A stretch of DNA of 64,000 bases from Botryllus schlosseri (GCA_051294905.1 CM119381.1:9858001-9922000), one strand, 5' to 3'; positions 25,101 through 39,436 are shown, counted from the stretch's first letter. Program-made: numbers and translations. Notes: a model not told the origin generated them from the letters alone.

Positions 25101-28100
25101 ACAGCAGCCGTTCCCAAGCTTTTAGACTGCAACTTGAATAAACGTAGAGATGTAGCAGATATCGCACAAATAAACTTTTTAAAGACTTGTTAACTGCAAA
25201 ATCTGTGGCAAATTTAATTATATTACACAATTCATCTGGTTTGGCATCTGTGATCCTGGTACTTCAAATAAATGATGTAGCGGACTACACTAAAACCCAT
25301 TGCTGCGCAGTGCGCATGTTTGGTTAACGCTGCCTCACAATAATGGAGTTGACGATTTAAAGAAAGAAGATTTCATGTTGCTTTTTGAGGGATAGTCGAT
25401 CCTGTGTGGAATTGTATTCCCAAATTTGATACATGTCCATAATGAGCCCATTATTGTGCTTATTGAGCCTTTCAATAGCGTGTGCGCCCAATGAAATGTT
25501 TCTATTCAACCTCGCTTTACAATACTTTGGTGGATTCGTGCAACCCGTTTTTTTCCATGTTCACTTCAAACATGCTATGTGCCGCACACTTTATAACTAT
25601 GGTTTCATGTCCGATATTTTTTTCTGTAGATGACGAATGCGTCGTGGAGTTGTCCAAGAGAGTGTCAGAACTGGAGAAGGTCATTCGCAATTTGGAAGAG
25701 GAGAAACGTGCGCTTACCACGCGGTTCAATGAAGAAAAGGTAAATGAGGAAGTCCGCAAAGCCTTCGGCTATGCGTTCGGTGGAAACGGGATTGATTTCG
25801 AATCAATCTTAGCCCACCTGACTGATGAATCTTTCCAACCATGGTTTTGTAGGGTGGGCCGGATAGAAACAGCTAGGTTCTGACTGAGCAGCTTGTCTGC
25901 CTGGCGCTTACGGAATCGGAACTGCTGGCGCTGCACAGAATTGAATAAGTACTTTGGCCAGGTAGTGGTCAAAACACCGATTTTAGGCTTGTCCAGCACA
26001 ATCATGGTTTATCTGGTGCCCCACCGCTGATGTACGGTATCTCTATGAATATACTTCGGAATTCGCGACTCAGTTTCGGAATAGCGTCGAGTTACATTCA
26101 TTCGTAAATTTATAACAACGCCACCTCCATTTCCAAATGGCTTTGTGGCTCGCTTCAAAATGCTCCTGTGGCCCACTGGTTGAAACCCCCTGTCTTAGCA
26201 CAAGTAAATTAGACGCATGCACCTAATGCACACTGAATGATGAGTAACGGGAGACGACATAAAAGGATAAACGGTGAGCAAAATGTAAGAATGTGTAATA
26301 TTAATGATAACATTCGGAAATGTTGATTCAGTAATGAAAGGGCGTACCTGGTTAGGTTAGCATGAGCCGTCGCGATAGTAGCATTAGAATGACTTTCACT
26401 TACATATTATGATTCTACTTCAATCTGTATCCACACAGGCAACATCACGAGCACAGTTGGAGTCCGAATTCCAAATCAAATTGGACAAGGAACGAAAAAG
26501 GATGACGGCCTTCGAGGAGATGTCAAAATCGGACAAGAAGAAGGCAATCAATCAAGCGCTTCTAGACAGCAACAAGGAACACGACGAGGTCAGTTTGAAG
26601 TCGGCAAGCCGCCTTCATGATTTTACCTACAATAGTATCCAGGGTTGTAATGACTCGAGTCATGACTCGACTCGAGTCAGACTCGAGTCACGAGTTTTTG
26701 ATGACTCCACTTGACTCTAGTCAATTTCTCAAAATACGGAAATGACTCGACTCGAGTCATTGCGCATGACTCGAAGCAAGTCATATGACTCGAGACTCAG
26801 CCGGCCAAGACCGACATTTCATTGTAATTTCGAAGAATAGTAAAGTAACCACCCTATTGGGATTACGTCTATTGGTACTGGTACTTGAAAATGCGACCAG
26901 AAACTGTTAAAAGTTAGGAAAATTAGTATAATATAAATGCGAACCATTCGATATCACCAAACAGAGTTATAAGAGTGGGTTTAACCAGACTTTGACTGGA
27001 AACTGAGCAGTCAACACAATGACTTGGACTCGGACTCGAGTCATAATACCATGACTCGGACTCGAGTCATAATACCATGACTCGGACTCGAACCTCTGCC
27101 CGATGACTTGGACTCGGACTTGACTCGGTGGTGATTTGGAAATGACTCGACTTGACTCGAGTCGAAATCATAAAAGTGGGAGTGACTTGTGACTCGGAGC
27201 TTTGTGACTTGGTTACAACCCTGATAGTATCATAGTGAACAAACTTGTCATTGTTATTTCCCATGTAGAAGTAATATCATAAAGTTCTATTCAATCACAA
27301 GTGGCAGTGGCGATGTGCAGGACGCGTCAAAACTGCTTCAAATGCATGCAGAAAGTGAAACTTCTTGACTGTACTCGAGTACTTTCAGAACTAGACTTTG
27401 TCGAGGGATCGCATACTTGTAACAGTTGATAGGAGGTTGCTACTGCTGAAGTTTGCAAGATGTATCTTCACCGCTAAACAGAAGATTTTGACCTGAAAAA
27501 TTAAAATTTTGACATTTCTTACCTTAAAAAACTTAATTTTGACAAAATTTTGCCCTTGTGTATGTAAATTAGGTGTTTTCACACATAATGGTAGAATTGT
27601 ACTGCTTATCTTCATTTCTGGTTGGAACTGTCTGAAGGAAGTAGTTTGGCCTGAAAAAACTTTTTTGACTTTGAGAACTGTCAAATTTTTACATGAAAAA
27701 ACTTTATTTTAACGAAATCCGGACCTATGAAGAATTCCAGTAGGTACATCGCGCATTATGGTAGAAATAATTAGAATTTGTTGGAGTACAAAGAAAGATA
27801 CTTTCCTACATTCTCGGATAGAAAGTGTCCGTCCTTACTAAATAGCTTACCAGGAACGGAGAAAGAATGTTCAACAGCAGCAGTTGTTGGCTGGCAACAC
27901 TGAAGTTGTGCGTTTTACACCGCCGTGACACGCCGTGTTGCTTCATTCTGACAATGTTGTCCACATCACAATTTTTCATCATGCGCTTCTTGATACAAGT
28001 ACCAATGCCCACGCAGTCATGCTTCAGTTAGGATATTGCGGTACGTTAAGCAGGGCATCATGGCAACCTATTTGTTCCCTTTGACCGTTTATGATTGACA

Positions 28101-31100
28101 ATGATCAGACAATGGGCCGTCTACAATGGTAGGCCTATAAAGTAGGCTACAAGCTGTAACATGTAAAAGGATTAGTTCATCCATAGCCTTTATATCAGGG
28201 GTCACCAACACGCGGCCCGCGGCCCGATTTGAGATTTCAGAAGAATGCTTAGTAAAGCATTTTAAATGCTGAAATTGATTTCATATTAAACATATTGTTG
28301 TTCTTGCTCAATGAAACCTATTCTCCAGTGCCCAATATCACTATACCTCAATAGCTGATACAGCTTAGGCGATGGTAATATCATTCTACGAAGGAATATT
28401 ATGCGGCCGCCGACACTTAATTCGATTAGAATGTGTTGGCGCTGTCAATATGCAAATTGAATTTACGAATTGACTCCCTAATTAATGAGAGGTTCGAATT
28501 ATTCGTAAAATTTTCTTTGAGCTACGCGCCTTTCAATGCTAGTTGGTTTTCGATTATTTTAATATAGTATTGTTTTTTGTAATCTGTGCTCCACAGTGCA
28601 TATGCGATCAGCAAAGAAAGATGATGCGACCCATAAGAAATACCAATTTGTAATTGTGTTCTCCTCATCACGAAGGAAATTTGTTTTTGGCAGGCCTACG
28701 TTTGGGCGAATCCAATATATTTCCACTATACCGACAATCCTGATACGAGGTCATGAAATAACAGCAGGCAACAAAGGGGATTAATAACAATTGGCCCTCC
28801 CAAAGATGCATCACAGTATTAATAACTTCCCTAAATTTTCGAAGACACCCCTGCATCAACTCTGTACCGGTGAATCAGATCACATAGCCTGAAAAAGGAT
28901 AAATATTTGATATAGTAATATGTTAAACTAGACCAGGGGTTCTCAAAGGGTGGGCCACAGGAGCATTTGAGGTGGGCCACAAAGCCATTTGGAAAATTTT
29001 AAAATTTTTGAAAGTTTAGTTATATTTGTTGTGTTAATCGCTAAAAATATATTCATACGATCTAATTATACGTAGGCTACGTAAAGCTTTTTATCCGACT
29101 CTGATCAGACGTGTTGGCATGTATGGAGTAAGCATGTACATTGTACAAGTCCAAAGCGGGGTTAACAGCAACTAAAATAATTTCGAGTATATAATAACTG
29201 GAAGGCAATTCTGAAGTAACCAAGCATTCTGGCAGGGCTGGGGCATATGTCGTAATTTGTCGTATGCCGTTGAAAGGGGTATGCAATAAACTCGGAATGA
29301 AATGTATATAATTGATCTATAGATTTACTGTAGGCTACTTAGGCAAGTCGTATTATTGTAAGATGAAATAGCCATAATTTCAAATTATTAGCAACTTTTG
29401 GTGAAGGTATACTGCACCATCACAACGAATCGTAACGGATTGAGGAGTTAGCGGAGAGCATTAATATATGGAGTCGGTTTAAAATGTCTGCCCCAATATC
29501 ATTGTACATAATCCAAGAGTCACATGAATTGATTGTATCATTGGATTGAATATTCTGACATATTAACTTCAATTGGTTTGGCACAAGACGTGTTATTGCA
29601 TGCATATTGAAAATCTTTCGCCACTTCTCTGTAGTACCCCATTCACCAATGAATTGTTTGAAGCTGACCCAGACTGATTAAATTACTCCCCACAATAGTG
29701 GAACTAAAATCCCAATCACACGGTGGATGCGTGGATTTGATGTTGGTGTTTCGCGATACGAATGGAGCAGCGGACGATCATAATATACACAGGAGTTTCA
29801 GCCTATGATCTACCAAGGCCGTAACTGTTGCACCCAAACCCCCGATTGCGGGACCTCGAAGGCGTCCAAGATTATTTCGTTGGTCGTTTATTGGAGGATA
29901 TTTATTCAACTGAAAATTTTCGTCGCGCTTCGCGCGATTGAATGGTACAATTGTTCTAAATTTTAATATCATCAGTAAATTAAGAGAGAAATGCGCATAT
30001 TTTAGAGAAATAGGCATATCGGCGCAGTCGATTACCACGCCTTGAATAGGGTGACTCCAAGATGAGAGGTGGGCCACACCACATTTTCAAACCGGAAAAT
30101 GGGCCACGGCCAAGAAAGGGATGAGAACCCCTGGACTAGACTAATATTAATGACGAAATTCACTTATGAATATGAAAAAATATACGCGCTTCGCGCGACT
30201 TAAGAGCGAATACCCGTGGCTTTTCATGACATGACTAATAACGATTTAGGTGCGCCTTATAAGCCTAAATGACTAGGAGCCCGGATTCCACTGGCAATGG
30301 ACATGGACAGTTTAACGTGGGTATTTCGCCTTCAGTTAGTTCATTCAACTATGCACTGGAATGCGGCCGTAGGCTACAGAAGTGATTGAAATGCGGCTGT
30401 GAATAGCAATAAAGTTGGCCACCCCTGCTTTAGTTGCTGAAGAGTGTTTCCAGGGATCGTACGCAGCTCATAGTTCAAAATAGAATGAATTTGACGATCA
30501 TGATATTTTTGTTGTATTTATATTTCTTCAATAAAATATTATTTCTTGTATGGTAACTATGCTTGTCACCCATGGTTGAGAGCACAGCGTTGCACTGACG
30601 TAGAGTTATCAAAAACATGGTTGTTGAACTGCGTTGCCTAAATTTATCTCGATATTGAAGATATGCGGCCCGCGGCCTCTACGAATTTTGAAAAGTGGCC
30701 CGCGACCCGTTTTGAGTTGGCGACCCCTGCTTTATATCGACAGTGCGACCATCTACAACACAAATGAAATGCAGGATGCAAAACAATTTAAACTTTTTTG
30801 ACATGTAAAAAGAAATCCCTCTAATAATGAACACTGCAATAGGCGCAATCTTCGAAGTACATTCAGTTACCATGATCCAGGGGCTCTGTCGCCCAGTTAT
30901 CATGACAATTATACTCAGGGATACCCCATAACTACTTCACTTTGTGAAATGCAAAATTTAAATAGTAAGTATATTTACCTGGCAAAACTGATCAGTAAAA
31001 GTGAGAGTAGTCATGAACATAACCACTTGGGGAAATAGTGCAAGTGGCAAAACCTACGTGGGTACTCGAAAAAAGCAGTACTCCATGCTGACTACCTCTG

Positions 31101-34100
31101 GATATGTTTCAGCTGGAGAAGAGAATCCGCGATTTGCAAGCGGCGCTACAGAGCGAGCAAGCCAACACGCAGCAGTCGATCTCCAATCTGTGTCGGGAGT
31201 TTGAAAAAGACAAGGCCGAAATCCAGTCCAAGAACGACGAGCTGGTGGGTGTCAATTAGGCTAGGGCAGACTGGAAGTGGCGCTATGGTCTAAAAATGAT
31301 TTGTATTCAAATTAAAGTCGAATGCGTGGAAACATACAGGCAGTCGCCATTTTTCTCAGAAAGACACTGGACACCAACGTCAGTTAAAATATTTTCACGA
31401 AAGGTACGTTACATGAAGTGGAATACGGTGGCTTTCTGAGGAAAATGGCTGCTGCCAAAATGATTTTGCGCGATCAAATTGAACTTGATACTACATCCGT
31501 CAGACTTGGACAATTAGATAATTCTGGTTGACTAATTTGCCTAATTGAAGCAAAATGCTCAGTTATAGTTCTATTCTAATTTGTCAAATATTTCTATGCT
31601 CTAGTTTTCATTCCAATCCTATTTCTGTTGTTCTTTTGAAGATGCTACAGAAAAATTGCATCTGAGATTTCATTCTATGCTGGTATCGTCGTATTATGTG
31701 ATACAATTGTTGATATACAATGCTCATTCCTATTCTCTACTAGTTGCTGACGAGTGTCAGCCGAAAATATTCGGGTTCATCTCAATATGAATACGCTATT
31801 CAATTGCACAGTGAAGTTCTGTACCTCCAAGAAGCTCTTCAAAAACTGCGCAGTGTAAAATGAGACAAGCTTAGTGTACAGACATTTGCAATTCTTGTGC
31901 TTATGAGAACGATCTCAGATTAGATATGAACTGAACTATATTTTTCTTATATTTATTTCTTGATAGTGATTCATTCAATTTTCAAGTAATTCTAATGGCA
32001 ATCTGATTTGGAAAAACACTCTAGCTATAATTCTGATCTAATCCGGAAAAGCTGAAAATATCCCTGCACAATGAATATCAAAGTCAGCGAGGCGCCCGTT
32101 CCAAAAAATAATCGTCACTGCTCAAACATTTCATCTTGTCAAGGTTGAACAAGTCCGTGAGGAAGCCAGCAACCTGCGAGACCGATTGGATAAAGAGACC
32201 GAGGCCCACGAGATGACGGCGCAACAGTTGAAAAACGACCGTAAACAACACGAGGCCGCCATGCGCACGCACGCGGACGCCATGGCCGAACTGCAGAAAA
32301 GCGCGGTCCAGTCGGACGCCGGCGACAAGCACGAAATCAAGAGGCTGACCCGTCAGTTGCAGGAGTACGAGCAGAAAATCGATCGACTGGAGAGCGACAA
32401 AATCAAGGCTCTCGCGGAACATCGGGTGGCGCTGGATCTCGCGGAGGCGGAGATGCGTCAGACGATCGAGGAGACGGTATCGCAAAGGCAGAAGGAGGTC
32501 TGTCGGAGGTTTATCTAGGTTTTTCCTCACCATCGGGGGTTCCCATGGTCATGACACCGAATTTGGGTTGAAAAATTTCCTGGGACTCCACTCTCGATTT
32601 GGCTATGTGCGCAGTAATAGTAATTATGCAATAATGAACTTGTCAGCTTCCGTCTATCAAGAACAGAGCAATGTATTTAGGTCTTTTGGAACGATTTCTA
32701 TCTATATCCAATCGAAATTGTCGTGTGTGTTTGCGTCGAGTGTGCATGTATCTATTCTGTTAACATATATCACTAAGGGTCCACTTGCAGTTTTCCTAGA
32801 TGAAGAAATTCACTTTCTATGCACGCAACATTTTAATCTTCATAGTGGTGGTCAGACATCAACCTTGCGTTATAGTAGGTGGCACTTTACGACCGTGCTA
32901 CAAGTCGATAGCCTAAATACGAAATCATAATAAAAGAATATCATGATGCAAACAACAATTGTAGTCGTGGAACACCATGAATACTGCAAACAACAACAGT
33001 TACAAACAACAACAGTTGATCACGTCAGTACTGTAATGACTTGACCTGAGTCGCAGTTTTTTGGTGACTCAACCTGGCTCGAGTTATTTTCCAAAATTAA
33101 GAAAATTAAATCTGTTTTAATCTCTTCATTTTGGACAATGACTCGACTGGAATTGGGCATGACTCAGCCAAGTCATATGATGCGAGATATCTGTCTTTTA
33201 TTTGTTTGAATGAGCCCGTTAAGAGTAGAGGGGGTCAAAGTAGATGGTACACAAGTAGACGTAAGAGTGACGACGTAAATTCACACTCATCGAAACATTG
33301 TCATTGCCTGTTAACGCATTCACACAGATTTCACTCAGATGGCTGTGAGTGAATATTATACTGTTACAGGAAAACCTCTCCGTGCAGTCCGAACTGAATC
33401 GCATGCACGACTCAGTGGCAGAGGAGAGACAGAGAATGCAGCAACGTATCGATTGTTTGAGAGAAGCTTTCAACGCGGAGGCGGAGGAATTGAAAACACT
33501 CGTAGAAAGGGAAAAGGCGGAATTTAGTAAAGCTCTTGCGTGAGTGATGCCGAGTTGCATGTTTACAGTTTTTCTGTTCGATAAGTGACCAAAGATGTAT
33601 TTTTTCTTTAAACGGAAATACATTGTAATGTGAATATGCCCGATGAGTTGCAGAAGCTTTGAAAAATCGAAACTTCAAAGTAAGCAAACAACACTTTTGA
33701 TGGGTTGCAAGTTCGCAATGCTCTCAGTTAGACGCCTGTTCGGATGGAAATGAAAACCCAGGCATTTAGAACTGTGGTTTTAAACCATCACTAACCTTCA
33801 GAACACTTATGCGAGCCTTCACGGGACCCTAAATTTTCCCTCGGTCATATAAAAAAATAGACGACAATACACAACTAACTATACATGTAATACATTTCTA
33901 CAGATTAGTGGTGCACAACACTAACCGTGCACAAAATTAAAACATAATGGATATTTATTGAAAATCAATGTGACCCTTCTAAATTGCTTGATTTAGAAAG
34001 AGAGATTCGATCTATTTGCTACAAGTAATAGGATTATTTCTTTTTCCAAGTAATATCTTGTGATGAGATTGACTTGGGCTGTATACGGCGATAGTAACAG

Positions 34101-37100
34101 GACAGTTTGTTACAAACGTCTTTCTGTCAAGTATTGATCAAGCCTCGGCATGGTCACAAAACGCAATGAAATAGTCATGCTCGAGAATTACAGAATTAAT
34201 TGTGATGCTATGTGACTGGGAATATTTTCCTTGCGGCCATGAAAAATATGCCTACTTCAGATATTTGAACTCTTTAGGTCACCATTACTGGTATGACGTC
34301 ATGGTCATAATCGCTCAAATTACACGTCTCGAAACGTAATGCTTGACTCGGAGTTGACTCACCCTGTAACTTGATTTTGCCAAAACCTGCTCTCCGTTCA
34401 GCATATGCGCAATCCGAACATCAGGTGACAAGCCGTGTTATATGGAGGGAGTGGCGTCGTCATTATTTGTAATCTGGTTGAAAGTTGGCAGACAAATCTT
34501 GTATGCCAATGGTTTCATGAAATATTCACTTATCGGAAAATTAGTATCAGATTCTGTGGTGGTGTCCTACGATTAAGGCTGCGCAAAACTGATCACTCAT
34601 TATGGCCTCATAAATGGAAAGAAAGCTGTGCAAATACCAAACATGTACGTTTTATGCGGCTGCAAAGAATATAATGCCAGTTCTGCATAACCGTAAAGAC
34701 GATTTTGTATTTTTGTCCATACCTATTTCATTGCACTTTGTGACAATGTTTCAGGAATCATGGCGTCAAAGATATGTCATCTCCACTAACGTGCGAAGCT
34801 GTATGCTACACGTTGCGTATGCTGCGATAAAAATCACTTGAAGTTCTGTAGTTCGACTCGCAATCAGCGTGTGTGTCCCCTTTCAGAGAAGAGAGGGAGG
34901 CTCTGAAAAGGCGTCTGGAGGACGAAAACAAGATGGCGGCGGAGAGGAAACGGCAAGAATGTAGCGAAGAGGAAACGTCGCGTAGAGAACAGCAGAGCAG
35001 AAGATACGAAGAGATCATCGACAATCTACGGGTAATGAATACGTGGAAGCGGTATCAGTAGCTGTTCAAGTATAGTAGTGATTTCCAAGGTTGACAAAAA
35101 GTAGTACGGGTTAAATTTGATAACGAGGTTTAAATAATAATTGTGCGTTTTTCGTTGTCTGTATTTCCGGTAATACACAGTGTGATCACAAACAGCCTGG
35201 TTAAGTCGACTTAACAAGACGACCTGTCTCGTAGACGCAGGGCGTATTGCGTGTATTGAACCAATCGCATATTAGAATTCAGAACAACCCATCTGTGTTT
35301 CACAAAAATACAAGAGTATTAACCAAGTAACACTTCTTACCTGCTCTTCCCACAGCAAGCTCAGATTATCGTGGCAAAAGTCGCGTGTGATATTATCTTC
35401 ATTCAACCAATACATGTTGGAAATACATTCTATCAAAATGAGCATCGTTGGGATACCCTCTACTATAGATGCTCTGCCGGTGCTTGATCAGATTGGTTAC
35501 TTCATAATTGTTTAGAGGTGGGATTCCCAACCTTTTTTACACTGTAGCGCTTGTTGAAGCCTAGGAAGAAAGTAAGAAACATTTTAATTGAAAAAACTGG
35601 TCTGTACAGTTATAATTATTGAGAAATGATTATTTTTTAAATCTGTACATGGCTATTTGCTACCTGAAAACGACTTGTGATCATGGCGTCCATGTTGGGA
35701 ACCCCAGATTTACAGCATCAGTTGCAATGACGCGATGTCATGTAAAAATTCGGATGTACAATACTTTTCTGTCAACATGTCATAGCCTGTCCTGATTTTA
35801 AGTCTTGTTAATTGTTCAGTCGACCAAGATCAGTCTGGAAACAGATTTAAGAAATGCCCTCGATGACAAGCACGATCTGGAAAAGCAATTGCTCCACGCT
35901 CAATCCACGAAGCAACAATTTTCGAGCCCTGTTTCTGCGGAACATCCCGACGTTAATTCTGTCTTGCAGTCGCAGGTACCGTACAAAATTTTCAGCAAAT
36001 CTCTTTTTTTTAGCTATTTTTATTCCTCGCGCTGTCACAGGTGTCGGAGTGGAGAAGAAAACATTTTGACGTTTGTCGGGAACTTTCGGATGCCAAAAAG
36101 CAACGCGAGGCACGGTCCGCGGAAATCGCACACCTCGCAAAAGAAAAGCAAGAATTAGCTGATAAGGTAATTGACCGTCACATCGTTTGAGAATAAATCA
36201 ATTGCTCAAATATAACGTCGCCTTGGTCTCTGTAAAATGCTCGCCTGTAAGCTTATTCAATAAAATACTATTTAAGAGTGGTGATTAGATGGAGATAAAT
36301 TTTCACTATCTGATTCTGATCACCATTTCTGCGGACAGCCGACGGGAATCTAATCTGCTATCTCTTGTATGCTCATTGTTGCCATGGACATTGGTCAAAA
36401 ACCAAGGACAGCAAAAAATTTCAAGTAGCTTAACCGTGAAATTTGTCAACTGGTGACTAAAAACGGGTCAACAGCTTCATCCATTCCCAATACTGAAAAT
36501 AAAGGCATATGTCAAAAATAAGGACAAAAACAATGTAGTTTTATAAGACATTGCCCATCAAAATGAGGATCAATCTTAGAAATAAGGACGGTATGGAAAC
36601 ACTGGGTATACAGGACTGCTGCCGTTGTCACTGACCCACTGCGGTAACATCGTCTATTACATGAACATAGTGCGTCTGCAAACGATTTGTGTCAAATTGT
36701 GGATTGACTACCTTTTTTTGCAGATTGTGCAGCTAGAGAGCGAAAAATCAAGTTTCCAAGTACAGAACGCCCGTCTCCTGTCCAGGAACGTGCAGCTCGG
36801 CGTCCACGAAGACGAACGGATGTCCGAGGAGCATCGCAAGGTTGTATCGTCAGATAGTTATACGTTTTATAAATGCCGATATTGCCATTTATCTAATTGC
36901 ACCGCTGTGGAGGCTCGCAGTTGCTCAGTGTTCAGTGCGTTTGTCACCATTCAGCGGAAATGATGAAAGTACTTGTTAATACTCGTGGTGAATGTAGTCG
37001 TCTTTGGTACTTGAGTAAAGTTGAAGTAACGTAGTAAAAGTCCAAATACTAGTAACAATCTCTAAGAAGTTAGCTATGCCTGTAGTCCAAATTCATAAAT

Positions 37101-38204
37101 GCTGAGTAGTGCAAGCAGGCCACAGCTGCTAGAGTAGTCTGGAGAAGTAGAGTACTCCATTGCTAAGCACCTGTGGTCCTTAACCTTCTAGTAGCGGCCC
37201 ACACTTGAGATCATAAGTGTACCACAATTTTCATTAGATTCGGTATGTCGGGGTACTTGCTGTAGAGTACGTACTTCTTTAATGATTTTATCAAAAGGTA
37301 CTAGCCGTGGCACTAATCCATTGCTTCTGCTCAATTTAATTCTGTGTCGCTACGGTCTCTGTGCAGAGAGTATCCGAAATGATTGAACGGCTCGAAGAAA
37401 AAGAGACGTTGTGCGAGCAGTTGCGAGCGAAACTGAAAAAGTATCAAGCGATTGAGGAGGCTGCCAACACTGTGAAAAAGTTCTCCCTGACCGATCTGAA
37501 GACCAAGTACGAGACTACGAGGTTGCAGCTTATTCAGCAGATGAACAAAACAAAAGACATGGTGAGGATCTTTTAGCTACTCGACCCGCGTAGCCGATGG
37601 ACAATTAGACACTGTCAGGCAGTGGTGTAGACATGCGGTAGTATCTACCCCCTTTTAAAAACAGTTATCCTTCTTTTCGAGAGAGTTATCTGATTATGCA
37701 TTCTCATGTTGTTCATACTGTTTCTTCATGCTGCTGTTGTACACTGTCTTAAGGACCTAAAATTAATTAACTATTTGTGAATAGAGGAATTACTGAATAT
37801 TTAATTCTTTTAAACTGTCCTTCTCACATGAATATTTCTGTCTGCGGGCTGAGTCGGGTGTTTGGTCGGTAATCGTCTCCATTTCGATGCGATCCTGTGG
37901 TATTTTGCAGTGATTCGACTGCAAAACTAGTGAGTGTATGGAAAGCTACCTAAATCCTACGCTGTCTCTTGTCTTCTGTACAAATTCTGTTGAAATATGT
38001 CATGTCCTTTATTTCCAGTATTCAAAACTGAATCGAAGCGAAGGCCTTATAAAAGACTTGTATTGTGAAAACGCTCAGCTCATGCGTTCTTTACAAGTGG
38101 CGGAAGACAAATTCAAGGCGTCCGATCGGAAGATAGCTGTCGAAGTGGAAAAGAATCATTCGCTCACATTGCTACTTCGTAAAATATGTCCGCAAGTTGC
38201 TTGA
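16153..38204 (+). CDS. NINL: Ninein / ninein-like centrosomal EF-hand coiled-coil protein, 22 coding exons, about 1161 aa
   Basis: GT-AG exons spliced by hand into one frame (3486 nt): 16153-16274, 16701-16930, 17599-17713, 17780-17957, 18920-19066, 19827-19981, 20988-21089, 21879-22036, 24255-24421, 24626-24709, 24864-25050, 25630-25739, 26439-26588, 31113-31244, 32144-32497, 33370-33539, 34887-35031, 35820-35975, 36041-36166, 36724-36840, 37367-37561, 38019-38204. Ninein-family motifs: RLRALFNELD, PRVVHKGKAYGRRSQPD, QEERFSVIIKDYEAQC, DRNDEL, IKDLYCENAQLMRSLQ. NIN versus NINL orthology is unresolved. Confidence 0.87.
22425..23733. mobile_element. Buster-type hAT MITE in an NINL intron, hosting a nested element
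   Basis: TIR CAGTGGTTCCCAAC / GTTGGGAACCACTG; exact TSD ATCTAATC; GGGGGCG repeats. Confidence 0.92.
22720..23624. mobile_element. Nested hAT MITE (TAGGGCCATTT termini)
   Basis: TIR TAGGGCCATTT / AAATGGCCCTA; exact TSD GTGATTAC; ATATGACTTT repeats at both ends. Confidence 0.9.
26640..27223. mobile_element. hAT-like MITE with GACTCGAGTC subterminal arrays
   Basis: TIR CAGGGTTGTAA / TTACAACCCTG; exact TSD ATAGTATC. Confidence 0.9.
28196..30729. mobile_element. Buster-type hAT MITE hosting a nested MITE
   Basis: TIR CAGGGGTCACCAAC / GTTGGCGACCCCTG; exact TSD CTTTATAT; GCGGCCCGCGG subterminal motifs. Confidence 0.88.
28934..30133. mobile_element. Nested Buster-type hAT MITE, 1200 bp
   Basis: TIR CAGGGGTTCTCA / TGAGAACCCCTG; TSD AACTAGAC/GACTAGAC (7/8); TGGGCCAC repeats at both ends. 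Confidence 0.88.
31660..31840. repeat. Dispersed intronic repeat family
   Basis: GAGTGTCAGCCGAAAATATTC and GAAGTTCTGTACCTCCAAGAAG blocks recur at about 18040-18260, 42075-42125, 56510-56660. Confidence 0.65.
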
Positions 38205-39436
38205 ATAGTATTATGAGATCTATATGTATTTACAGGATATACCTGTATTCTTTCTTAAAACATAGTTTAGCTGATATATTTATCATATTACTAGCACTTT
38301 TTGAAAATTTTTTGCCATGATCGAATGGGAGCTTCATGAACGCACGCAGCATTCTGGGCTCGTGATCTAGAACATATGATATAAGGTATCGTCTAACGAG
38401 GTCAGTTCATGCCTTCTTGTGATGTTTTATTGATGTATCGCTGTGCTGTCTACTACTACATTCTGAAGATGTAAACGTTTCCGCAGATTCAGCATTGGGC
38501 TACCTGCAAAATATGCACACTGTAAACCTGTCGACTTGTGATATATTCTCTTCCCTTATAAACTGTTCTCTATTGATGATATTCAGTATGTATTTGCTTT
38601 GGTGGTACAAAGCGAGGGTTTGGTGCCTCTTCAACGTTTCTTGTCATGTCAAGCGCTAGAAGTTCCAACCGCACTGAACCGAGATCTAAAGCACCGTTGA
38701 ACTATTGATAAACCTCATTTTTCAAAACTGCTCTGACACTGTTTAAGGTTATCATCCTAATTGGGATAATAATTAGACATATTGTCAGTCATTTTTTTAT
38801 CTCCTTTCTTTTACTCAAATGATTTTATATCTGTACAGAAGGCTGCTTATATAGAAACCCAAGTTGGGTGACGTAACCTGTCTTCAAGTAGTTCTTCACC
38901 AGAAAAGTATCATTTATTTGCTATCGTCTTGGTGTTTTCGCACATCTCATCTGGTATTTAGGTGTGAGAAGTTGGTATTTTGTGATCATTTTTTCACTGT
39001 AGATTTTTTTACGAATGCTGTGTATTTGCGATTGGGTGTCTTCAAATGCGTTGCTCTGATATCATGCTGCTCAATGGATTTGTCTGATTCAGTTGAAGAT
39101 GCGTTGAACCATGAACTTATGTTTTGCTCATGAACGATTAGAGTGATCAAATTTTGAAATAAATTGACTATGCTTTTGGTATGTGAAAATCTGATAATTT
39201 CTAGTTCCCATGTCATGTTATTTGATTATGCGTTAAGAAATTGAAAGAGTATGAAAGGTAGTATTTGTAGATTGGTGAGCACTTTGTCTTGTTCGCAGTA
39301 TTCTGCAACCTTATTTATGCCCCTTCGGCCAGGCTGCAGTACTCATACTAATTTCTACAGAGGCTGAACGAAAAGCTATATTTTGAATGTCAGATATGTA
39401 GGCAATTAGGTATGTTTTGGTGACGAAATAATCGTT

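Noticed and set aside
26640-27223. GACTCGAGTC arrays as a CRISPR-like array
   Set aside because: Irregular spacing, no unique spacers, eukaryotic intron, bounded by TIRs and an 8-bp TSD.
32084-32533. 149-aa antisense ORF, and similar ones at 5153-5638, 48405-48806, 59068-59547
   Set aside because: Shadows of real coding exons on the opposite strand.
35515-35708. Small hAT-like element (TTCCCAAC / GTTGGGAACCCC)
   Set aside because: Termini degenerate and no convincing TSD.
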